The position numbers and the translations under genes are program-made. Below the pieces are notes generated by a model, which was not told the origin of the DNA, ran no database searches, and saw nothing but the letters and a program-made list of their open reading frames with translations. Of a stretch of DNA of 17,213 nt, positions 1-7,617 are shown one piece after another (position 1 is the first letter of the stretch; each line of letters begins with the position of its first letter). Location of the stretch: NCBI GenBank assembly GCA_045105515.1, contig JBGCDR010000076.1, positions 1-17,213 of the forward strand, in the 5' to 3' direction. Source of the stretch: Oligoflexales bacterium (GTDB taxonomy: Bacteria > Bdellovibrionota_B > Oligoflexia > Oligoflexales > Bog-1112).

Positions 1-90
1 AAGATCGGCATTGTGTTGGCGGTAAATATAGACACCGACACCGCCGTGATTTTTTTTACATAATTAAAATCATCGGAAACTCTGTCATAA

Positions 91-492
91 ATCAATTTTA
101 GAGGATCTTTCTACAGATTAGGTCCTAGATGCCAGTTATTAGCTATTGATATACCAGAGATGACAGCGCGAGAGTTTGCTAAGAAAATGCTTTTTTGTGG
201 AGATGATGAGCTTACCCAAGCTATGCTAGTAGACGCAGTTGGAGAGCTAGTTAATCAAATTCAAGGAAGCCAAAAGAAAGTTTCCGAAGAAACAGGTTAT
301 TTTTTTCAAAATATATTTCATTGTAGCTTTTCAAGTAGTTCAAGCATTCATTACTTAATGAAAAATCCAGGTCACTATTGTCGAGTGGTATTTGAGACAG
401 AAGATAAGGAACCATTCACTTGTTGCTTTGGTCTAGACAGTACTTATGCAAATAAGATTTTTGATGCATCAGATCTAATTAAAAATACATAA
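91..492 (+). CDS. CheX/CheC-like chemotaxis phosphatase domain protein; 5' end uncertain or disrupted (first ATG at 160, frame open from 91)
   Basis: DAVGELVNQIQG (232-267) matches the CheC/CheX E-x-x-N catalytic helix. The in-frame upstream stretch QLLAIDIPEMTAREFAKKML resembles the CheX strand-helix before it. In-frame TAA at 61-63 and 88-90. Confidence 0.6.
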   Translation: MNFRGSFYRLGPRCQLLAIDIPEMTAREFAKKMLFCGDDELTQAMLVDAVGELVNQIQGSQKKVSEETGYFFQNIFHCSFSSSSSIHYLMKNPGHYCRVVFETEDKEPFTCCFGLDSTYANKIFDASDLIKNT

Positions 493-570
493 TAAGAGCT
501 TAAGAATCACTTTCTAACGAATCAATCTGCTCATCAAATCGAGTGTAGCCTGGTGGACTTTTTCTTTTGC

Positions 571-1638
571 CTATTTCGAAGCCTCTTTTGCCTTTTCGTA
601 TTTTTTAGCTTTTTTCATGCATAAGCCTAGGTTCATCCATAGCTTATATTCTAGTCTTTTATCAGGAATTATCTTGATGGTATTTTGATAAAGCTTTTCT
701 GCCAAATCAAACTGCTTTGCTCTGACCAGAGCTACTACCTTAGAATTGCAAACTTTTGCAAGTTCAATAGTTTTTTTAGTCTTATCTTTTTCACTACTTT
801 TTACAGAGTTAATGCTGCCATCAATAATACCTAGAATATATTTACCTTTTTTAGCATCAGCTGATTTTGGGTCAATGGCAGTGGCTTTGATATAGTATTT
901 TTTAGATTCTATAAGCTCTCCAACTGCAAAGTTTAAGTCAGCATGAAGCAAGGTGCATTCGAGGTTGTTATTGATTAGCTTTTCATTTTTATTTAATGTA
1001 GCAATTGCCTCAGCATAATCTCCTTTTAGTGCTTTCGCTCGAGCTAAAATTTCACAAGATTCAATATTGTCTCGATCATAGCTACAGGCTTTATGTGCTT
1101 CCCTTTCAGCTATTTCAGCTTTTCCTCCCAACAAAAAACACTTTGCAAGCAGTGTATGTTTTTTTGAAGAAGAAATGAGGGATGCAATCTCTCCCAAGGT
1201 ATTTTTGGCCTCAGCAGGCTTGCCTGCGTCAAGTAGGGCATAAACTTTATCTAATTTAGTACCGGCAGATTTTGAGCCTTCATACGCATCTTTTTCTGCA
1301 ATTAGCTGATCAATAAAATTTTTACTATTGAATGGCCAGCTACAAAAAAAAACTGGCTTGTGCTTGAAACAATTATTTTCTAGCTTAGCTGAAGGGTTTG
1401 TAGAAATTATGACAATTGGTTTAAATGGATTGTTTTTTCTAATCCGCTCTAAAATTTTTTCGATATCAATGTTTTCGTCTTCTTCATCTCCGGTGATGAT
1501 AAGGTCATTTTTCACAACAGAAAAATTTGACTTAATTCCTTGAACCGAGACTTTTGTAGACCAACCCATGAAATGGGTAAATCCTTTAACTGCTTCAGGA
1601 AGATTTTTGCTGTTAGTGATGATTTCCAATGAGTTCAT
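571..1638 (-). CDS. Degenerate receiver (pseudo-REC) domain + tetratricopeptide repeat protein; probable frameshift near the C-terminus
   Basis: The N-terminal ~115 aa follow a REC pattern (DLIITG, IVIIST, FFCSWPF) without the canonical residues. The rest has TPR-like helices (LARAKALKGDYAEAIATL, LWMNLGLCMKKAKKYEKAKEA). ATGA overlap with the kinase stop at 1635-1638. Confidence 0.7.
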   Translation of the reverse strand: MNSLEIITNSKNLPEAVKGFTHFMGWSTKVSVQGIKSNFSVVKNDLIITGDEEDENIDIEKILERIRKNNPFKPIVIISTNPSAKLENNCFKHKPVFFCSWPFNSKNFIDQLIAEKDAYEGSKSAGTKLDKVYALLDAGKPAEAKNTLGEIASLISSSKKHTLLAKCFLLGGKAEIAEREAHKACSYDRDNIESCEILARAKALKGDYAEAIATLNKNEKLINNNLECTLLHADLNFAVGELIESKKYYIKATAIDPKSADAKKGKYILGIIDGSINSVKSSEKDKTKKTIELAKVCNSKVVALVRAKQFDLAEKLYQNTIKIIPDKRLEYKLWMNLGLCMKKAKKYEKAKEASK

Positions 1639-2642
1639 TGGTTTACAAAACCTGTGTAAATATTCTGATTGTGACCGTTAAGAGGTCCTTCTATGAGCTT
1701 TGCATCAATGAGGAATTTTTTTATCGCATGGCGTGAATACCTGATTTCATAGCGCTTCAGAATTTCGTAACAACGATACATTACCGTTTCGACATTTTGG
1801 AAACGCTTAGAAGCTTGAAATTGTAGACAAGATTTCAGCAGTTTACGAATCATCGTCTGCATTTTATATTCGCTACATTGAACTCGAGAAAAATCAATGC
1901 GTCTCATATTTGCCATGACTTCATGACGGTCATTTGAAGCGACAACAGCTTTTTCCCCTGTAAGCATTTCATAAAGTAATAGCCCTGCACAGTATATATC
2001 TGTTTGGGGAACTATTGGATTCTCAGAGATATGTTCTGGAGAGTAATAACCGGGAGTTCCGATCATATAATTCTTGTAGTCCTCAACATCCAACTGGCAA
2101 GAAAGGCCAAAGTCAGTGATATATATTCTGCCATCTTTATCAATCATATAATTAGCAGCTGAGAGATCTGAATGAATGGTATCGTGCAGGTGCAAATGAT
2201 CAATTCCTTGCAGCATATCAATGAGGATAGAGAGGCCAACCAGCGGGGGCATTCTTTTTACTTTTCTCAGGAAGCCATGACCAGACCACCCTTCCACAAA
2301 TTCTGTGATGATGTAGCATTCCGGAGGCTGAAAAAAGCTATCAAGATAACTCACAATATGTTTGTGGTGAAGTCCTGACATAATAAGTAATTCACGGTGA
2401 AAGATACCCAAAAACTTTTTGTTGCGAGTGAATTTTTGGTGGAGAATCTTTACAGCTACGGTTTTACCGGTACGTTCATCTATCGCTTTAAATACTCGGC
2501 CTAAACCACCCGAACCGACTTCCTCGATAATTCGATAATTACCTAATTTTTTTGGGTGTGAACTTTCTGCCAAGTTCTCTGTCACTTCAAGATTCCTATC
2601 CTGATTTGTTGCCTCAGACTCACGATCGGCTAAATCATTCAT
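1635..2642 (-). CDS. Cytoplasmic Hanks-type serine/threonine protein kinase (non-RD, atypical catalytic loop)
   Basis: GSGGLGRV glycine loop, VAVK, alphaC Glu (FHRE), HSDLSAAN, DFG, GTPGYYSPE, DIYCAG. No transmembrane or PASTA region. Confidence 0.92.
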   Translation of the reverse strand: MNDLADRESEATNQDRNLEVTENLAESSHPKKLGNYRIIEEVGSGGLGRVFKAIDERTGKTVAVKILHQKFTRNKKFLGIFHRELLIMSGLHHKHIVSYLDSFFQPPECYIITEFVEGWSGHGFLRKVKRMPPLVGLSILIDMLQGIDHLHLHDTIHSDLSAANYMIDKDGRIYITDFGLSCQLDVEDYKNYMIGTPGYYSPEHISENPIVPQTDIYCAGLLLYEMLTGEKAVVASNDRHEVMANMRRIDFSRVQCSEYKMQTMIRKLLKSCLQFQASKRFQNVETVMYRCYEILKRYEIRYSRHAIKKFLIDAKLIEGPLNGHNQNIYTGFVNQ

Positions 2643-2694
2643 AATATTGAATCTAAGAGCTAAGATAGAATACAGAGGATCTTTAATAGTAGTG

Positions 2695-2712
2695 ATTATA
2701 GCGCTTTATAAT
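2695..2712. promoter_or_regulatory. Back-to-back consensus -10 elements (candidate bidirectional promoter)
   Basis: ATTATA-GCGCTT-TATAAT gives TATAAT on the minus strand (2695-2700) and on the plus strand (2707-2712), between divergent genes. No good -35 on either side. Confidence 0.4.
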
Positions 2713-2727
2713 AAAGGGGTCTTGACG

Positions 2728-3630
2728 ATGGGCTTAACTTTGGAAGGTCGTGCGAAAAAGATTTTTGCAGATTTTAACTTTATTTGTGAGCGAATCAGCT
2801 TTGAAAGGACCAGAGTCAATGGAATAACGAGTGGATGGTGGCTGCGGCCGAGCAAGCAGGGAAATCAGACAGTTATTTACTTACATGGTACTGGAAATGA
2901 TGCCTTATATCCGCAAATTTCATTGTTCTTAAAACTATTATCTCATGGTTTTCAAGTCTTAAGCATCGATTTAGATGGGCATGGGGTTCACAGTACTACC
3001 AAACTCGATCCAAACCTGCTTAGCGAATGCCTCGACGAGTTAATTAATCAGGTGAATTTTGTTTCAGCAGCTTCCCAATTACATCTAGTAGGTCAAAGCC
3101 TAGGAGGCGGAGTGGTATTGGATTTTCTTGCAAATCGCACTGATTCAAGATTTTGTAGTGCAACTCTGATTTCAACACCACTGCATCTAAATCAGTTAAG
3201 CTCTTTTCCATATAGTGAACTAGGAAGTGTCTTTAGAGGTAGTTTTATGAGACAGTTCCCCTTTTATGGGCTTTTTCATTTGATGCCTGCTATAGGGGGG
3301 TTTAAACGTAAGTCTTATCCGATTAGGATAGAGTCTGCAGTTGATAAGGCTCATGCTTTTTCTTACGTGGAAGCAGTTTCCTATGCTTTCGATGTAATGA
3401 AGTTACGGGATAAAGCTATGAAGATAAGGGTACCGGTCTTGCTCTGTTATGGTGAGAGAGATCATATTGCCTGCAGTTCTCATGGAAGGATCTTTCATCA
3501 TCTTATACCTGGCTCACGTTTAATCCTGATTAATGGTGAAACACATTTCACGACTTTGTTTGCAAAAATAACCGAAGAGAGCATCGTCGATTGGATAAGT
3601 CAGTGGAGTAAGAATCAAGGAGAAACCTGA
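2728..3630 (+). CDS. Alpha/beta fold hydrolase (esterase/lysophospholipase-like)
   Basis: YLHGTG oxyanion motif, DLDGHG, GQSLGG nucleophile elbow, Asp in GERD and His in ETHF. ATG 2728 follows AAAGGGG and is preferred over TTG 2647. Confidence 0.88.
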   Translation: MGLTLEGRAKKIFADFNFICERISFERTRVNGITSGWWLRPSKQGNQTVIYLHGTGNDALYPQISLFLKLLSHGFQVLSIDLDGHGVHSTTKLDPNLLSECLDELINQVNFVSAASQLHLVGQSLGGGVVLDFLANRTDSRFCSATLISTPLHLNQLSSFPYSELGSVFRGSFMRQFPFYGLFHLMPAIGGFKRKSYPIRIESAVDKAHAFSYVEAVSYAFDVMKLRDKAMKIRVPVLLCYGERDHIACSSHGRIFHHLIPGSRLILINGETHFTTLFAKITEESIVDWISQWSKNQGET

Positions 3631-3654
3631 GTATCCATTAGAATTATCTTGTAA

Positions 3655-3999
3655 CTAATCTAAGAGGTATCTGCCGCGTTCGTCTTTAAGTTGTCCGCAA
3701 ACCACAAGGAAGCAATCGAAAGCCCACCAGATGCCCATGCCTCCGAAGCTTAGGACCATAAATACCGCTGAAACATTGCGGTGGGCATAGAATCTATGAG
3801 CTCCAAAAAGCCCAAATATAAAGCAAAGTGTCAAGGCGACAGTTTTAGATTTGTCGCTAATTCTATTTGCAGGAATAGCTTGCCCATGGAGACTTTGGGC
3901 TAATAAAGGGTCCCCTTCTTCTAAAGTAGACAAAAGATTAGGGTAGTGTTGACTGATCGCCTGGTACCCGTACTTTGTTTTAGAATTTTCCAAGACCAT
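3655..3999 (-). CDS. TM2 domain membrane protein
   Basis: KSKTVALTLCFIFGLFGAHRFY ... GGMGIWWAFD is the TM2 signature with two hydrophobic helices. Confidence 0.88.
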   Translation of the reverse strand: MVLENSKTKYGYQAISQHYPNLLSTLEEGDPLLAQSLHGQAIPANRISDKSKTVALTLCFIFGLFGAHRFYAHRNVSAVFMVLSFGGMGIWWAFDCFLVVCGQLKDERGRYLLD

Positions 4000-4090
4000 A
4001 TATCCTAGCTGAAATTTATGACTATGGTTCCTTTATTAGTTCGGTGAACTCACCCAAATATTTACAGAATCTCTTAAGTCACTGAATAAG

Positions 4091-4792
4091 CTATAGCTTT
4101 AAGGATGTATTAGGAACAAGGTCAGGTCGAAGGTGGCGTGTAAGCTGATGAGACTTTCTTTTACGCCAATCATCGATTTCCTTATGGTTACCGGATCTTA
4201 AGACTTGGGGGACCTCAGTGCCCTCAAATTCTAAGGGGCGAGTAAATTGAGGGCTTTCCAATTGGTTTTTCATTGCTGAGCCAAAGGAGTCACAAGCAGC
4301 ACTTTCTTTGTGTCCCAAGACTCCTGGAATCAAACGCAGGATAGAATCTGCGATGGTCAGGCATGGTAATTCGCCTCCAGAAATTACAAAGTCACCCAAA
4401 GAAAACTCTTCGTCCACATAGTGGTCGATGAACCTCTGGTCACAGCCTCCGAATCTGCCGCATACAAAGGCAAGAGGCCTTTTCAAAGCCAAGAGCCGAC
4501 TGGCATCACTTTGTTCGAAGGGCTTGCCACACGGAGAAGTAAAGACGACGAGAGGCTTTTCATAAGGCAGGTTGCAGATGCTGCTAGCGAGAATATCAGG
4601 TCGTAGGACCATGCCATCACCGCCTCCATAAGGGCGATCATCCACGCTTCCATGCCGGTCTTTGGCGTAGTCTCTTAAGTTGAGCACGTCTATTTGTGCT
4701 AATGATTGCTTTTTAGCTGAAGCAAAAACTCCAAATGAACTATACCCATTGATAAATTCAGGATGAATGCTTATGAAAGCAAGCTTGAGCAT
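4091..4792 (-). CDS. trmD: tRNA (guanine37-N1)-methyltransferase
   Basis: VDDRPYGGGDGMVL, SPCG, CGRFGGCDQR, SLGDFVISGGE, LRSGNH. Lies directly downstream of rimM. Confidence 0.97.
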   Translation of the reverse strand: MLKLAFISIHPEFINGYSSFGVFASAKKQSLAQIDVLNLRDYAKDRHGSVDDRPYGGGDGMVLRPDILASSICNLPYEKPLVVFTSPCGKPFEQSDASRLLALKRPLAFVCGRFGGCDQRFIDHYVDEEFSLGDFVISGGELPCLTIADSILRLIPGVLGHKESAACDSFGSAMKNQLESPQFTRPLEFEGTEVPQVLRSGNHKEIDDWRKRKSHQLTRHLRPDLVPNTSLKL

Positions 4793-4805
4793 ATGGACCT
4801 CCAGC

Positions 4806-5345
4806 TTATGAGTTTTGCCAGAGATCTGTAAAGGCCTCAGCGTTCATGCAAAGTCGTATTGCAGAAGACTTATGATCAATCTCTGCAACGAACGCTTCAA
4901 CGAAGGGGAGTTCTAGAACGGATCCTTCTTGGTTGACAATTTCAATGGTGTCAGAAGCGCCGTAATTATAAAACTCATTAACTTTACCAATGGTCTGTCC
5001 ACAGGATGTCGTTACCTTAAACTCAACAAGCTGCTCATAATCAAACTCAAGTTTACATTCTTGTTCCAGACACCATAAATCCATTCCATGATGGGCTTCG
5101 AGGCTGGTGCGGTCACAAAAGCTTTCTAAACTCAGAATGAGTCTACCTTTTAAAACCTGGCGACCTGAAAGTAGTGATTGAATGCCGGATTTAGGATCAA
5201 CTCCGACACTCATCAGAGAAGCATCATCATCTGTCCATAAGTTGCTTCTACCGCCAAGATAGAAAGCTCCTTTAAGACCGTGAGCTTTGCCAATCTTACC
5301 AATCTTTTTCCACTTTTTATTTGATGTGGTTAATTTGGTCGTCAT
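4806..5345 (-). CDS. rimM: Ribosome maturation factor RimM
   Basis: IGKIGKAHGLKG N-terminal motif, PRC-barrel-like C-terminus (GASDTIEI...LPFV). Lies between rpsP and trmD. Confidence 0.92.
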   Translation of the reverse strand: MTTKLTTSNKKWKKIGKIGKAHGLKGAFYLGGRSNLWTDDDASLMSVGVDPKSGIQSLLSGRQVLKGRLILSLESFCDRTSLEAHHGMDLWCLEQECKLEFDYEQLVEFKVTTSCGQTIGKVNEFYNYGASDTIEIVNQEGSVLELPFVEAFVAEIDHKSSAIRLCMNAEAFTDLWQNS

Positions 5346-5370
5346 TTGGGCAGGCCGAACTAATCTAGTT

Positions 5371-5649
5371 TTACTTGCTGACAGCAGCTTGAGTCTTAAC
5401 GCGCTCTAGATTAAATTTCTTAATCTTCACAAGCTTTTCTGCTGCCTTAGTTAGTTGTGCACCTTTTCCGAACCAATGTTGAAGTCGATCTTCTTTGAGT
5501 TCAACAATGGAAGGGTTAGCCATAGGATCGTAGTAGCCAAGCCTTTCGATGTAGCGTCCATCTCTAGGGTTGCGATGATCAGTGGCTACCAAATGGTAGA
5601 AAGGACGATGAGTGTTACCTTTGCGCTGCAATCTAATATGTACTGCCAT
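5371..5649 (-). CDS. rpsP: 30S ribosomal protein S16
   Basis: [45 protein letters not shown] at 5649 with a GGAG RBS just upstream. Confidence 0.98.
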   Translation of the reverse strand: MAVHIRLQRKGNTHRPFYHLVATDHRNPRDGRYIERLGYYDPMANPSIVELKEDRLQHWFGKGAQLTKAAEKLVKIKKFNLERVKTQAAVSK

Positions 5650-5937
5650 GGATTCTCCAGTAAGAATCAAATATTTTTTTACAAATTAACGAAGCCAAAC
5701 TCCAGCGGAATATTGGAATCGAAAACCTATATCATATTTTTTTTTTCCTTACCAGAAATTAAATAGGAATGGAGTCAAGAAATCTGTTCGATAGGAAAAA
5801 ACCCCTAAATATCAGAATATTAATTGGAGGCATCTCCACCATTATCAGGGACACGCTATAATATCAAGAGATCATAAACATTACTCCTGAAATTAGCACT
5901 AGCTAGGTGCACAAGGTCATTACTTAGAGGGCTTGAT

Positions 5938-7341
5938 ATGACGTTTAAGAGAAAGTTTTTTCTGGTGGTGGTGAGCGTAATATCGGCGCTTATAAAAGGA
6001 CCCTCGCTTGAAGCAGCGAAGCTTGAGTTTGATGGCTATGTTAGCCGTGACAAGCAGAGTTTACGGATCACGGCAACTGTAGAAGGGACCTTGGAGGAAA
6101 TTGGTGAAGATGAGGCCATGTTGGTTGCTAAGCTGCAGGTGTACATCCTTGATTCGAATTCTAGCAGCCCTATTATCATTGGCAGCAACAACACCCAAAA
6201 CCCTGGATCAGGGGTCAATGCCGATTTTTTCTATGAGCACATTGAAGTGCCATACAGGGAACAGATTTCTACAAGCAAGTACAAAGCTTATTACTCAATC
6301 GAGGTGAATAATAATACGACCAGTACGGTTGAAATTGATCGTACCCTTAAGCAATTGTTTGAAGACGAAGGGAATACTATTCGTACCCAGCTAAAGTTTC
6401 TTTTTTCCGACAACAATACCGTAGATAGTGCAGAAAAAAAGCTCGGTTTGTTAACCACAGTTCCTAACGAAGCACCCTCGGACTTTGAGGTTTTAGCGAT
6501 TCACAAAGGGGTTCGGGTGAACTGGGCAGGCAATAAAAGTGTTTCCTATACTGAAAACGCTGGGGAGGAACCACGCTCACTTCGCCCTAGAAATGTATTG
6601 GTTATGGTTTTTCCGCGAACAGAGGCCGATGCTCTACCTATTGCGGGAGCATTGGTAAACAATGAATCAGGCGAACATTCCGATATTAATTGCCTTTTTT
6701 CTTATAGTGAAGGAAATGATACCTGTATTACGTGTGAAGAAGCTGAATCTAATGATTTTTTTATCAAAAGTTCCCAGGAAGACACTGTCACCCAGGAAGC
6801 ATTCTTTAAAACTGAGATTAATAATGCAGCAAATGCTTCATCAGTAGTTAGTGGACTCGATTTGGAAAGAGAGTACATCGCCGTATTGCAATATGAAGAT
6901 GGAACTAAGCGCACAGTCTGTAAATCGGTAACTCCCATTGAAACTATAAGCTTAACAGAGCTCAATGGTGAAGATGATGGAGCGGAAGGTGACCCGCGTT
7001 GTTTTATAGCGAGTGCAGCTTTTGGCTCACCCTTTGCGCACGAGGTGAGGCTTTTTCGCTGGTTTCGCGATACTTTCTTAATGCCACATGGGTGGGGTCA
7101 GGACTTGGTGGAGTTTTATTACGAGCATAGTCCTAAGCTGGTAGAGCCCATGTCTCACTCAGAAGCTCTGCGCTCGGCAATCAGGTTCCTACTTTGGCCA
7201 ATAGCCTGGTTTTTAGAGTATGTGAAAAAATTGTGGGAAGGTGAGCTAGAAGCTCTGCTACATTTATTGGGTTTAGGGGGCATCTTTTTAGTTGTTGTGC
7301 TGAGCTTTCGCTATCGTTTCAACTTTCCTTCTAGTCAATGA
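5938..7341 (+). CDS. Exported protein with C-terminal CFI-box-CTERM domain
   Basis: Signal peptide (MTFKRKFFLVVVSVISAL...LEA), acidic beta-rich body with several Cys, RCFIASAAFGSP...VRLFRWFRD...FYYEHSP, then a terminal hydrophobic helix and basic tail. GAGG RBS. Confidence 0.85.
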   Translation: MTFKRKFFLVVVSVISALIKGPSLEAAKLEFDGYVSRDKQSLRITATVEGTLEEIGEDEAMLVAKLQVYILDSNSSSPIIIGSNNTQNPGSGVNADFFYEHIEVPYREQISTSKYKAYYSIEVNNNTTSTVEIDRTLKQLFEDEGNTIRTQLKFLFSDNNTVDSAEKKLGLLTTVPNEAPSDFEVLAIHKGVRVNWAGNKSVSYTENAGEEPRSLRPRNVLVMVFPRTEADALPIAGALVNNESGEHSDINCLFSYSEGNDTCITCEEAESNDFFIKSSQEDTVTQEAFFKTEINNAANASSVVSGLDLEREYIAVLQYEDGTKRTVCKSVTPIETISLTELNGEDDGAEGDPRCFIASAAFGSPFAHEVRLFRWFRDTFLMPHGWGQDLVEFYYEHSPKLVEPMSHSEALRSAIRFLLWPIAWFLEYVKKLWEGELEALLHLLGLGGIFLVVVLSFRYRFNFPSSQ

Positions 7342-7617
7342 GGTTACTTGTCCCTAAAAGACCCATAACCATAAGTTGTCCTTCGAATGAAATCGAGGAA
7401 TTCCGTTATTAAACATACCCCACTCTAAAGATTTCTCCATTTGTAAATCTCAGTCGAAATGACCTGATTTGACAGCAGGGCTGTGCATGACATCTTTAAT
7501 TAGTCCTCCAAATTTCACCCATGACGCATAAAAATTACATCTTGTGATGAGAGGAATGTTAGGATAGCTTTGTGGGCTAGTTTTAATGAGTGATTAATTG
7601 AATGTGTAGTCTTTATT

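Noticed and set aside
31..46. Short tandem GACACC GACACC
   Set aside because: Only two copies of a hexamer, which is expected by chance.
2647..2727. Longer TTG start for the hydrolase; similar extended starts at 5670, 8386, 10074, 11902 and 15794
   Set aside because: Downstream ATGs have better RBS sequences and fit family N-termini. The extensions run through promoter space or overlap neighbouring genes.
5746..5900. TTGACT (minus, 5773-5778), TATAAT (plus, 5857-5862) and two short hairpins in the rpsP / CFI-box divergent spacer
   Set aside because: No correctly spaced -35/-10 pair is present, and the 4-6 bp stems match no riboswitch or leader I can recognise.
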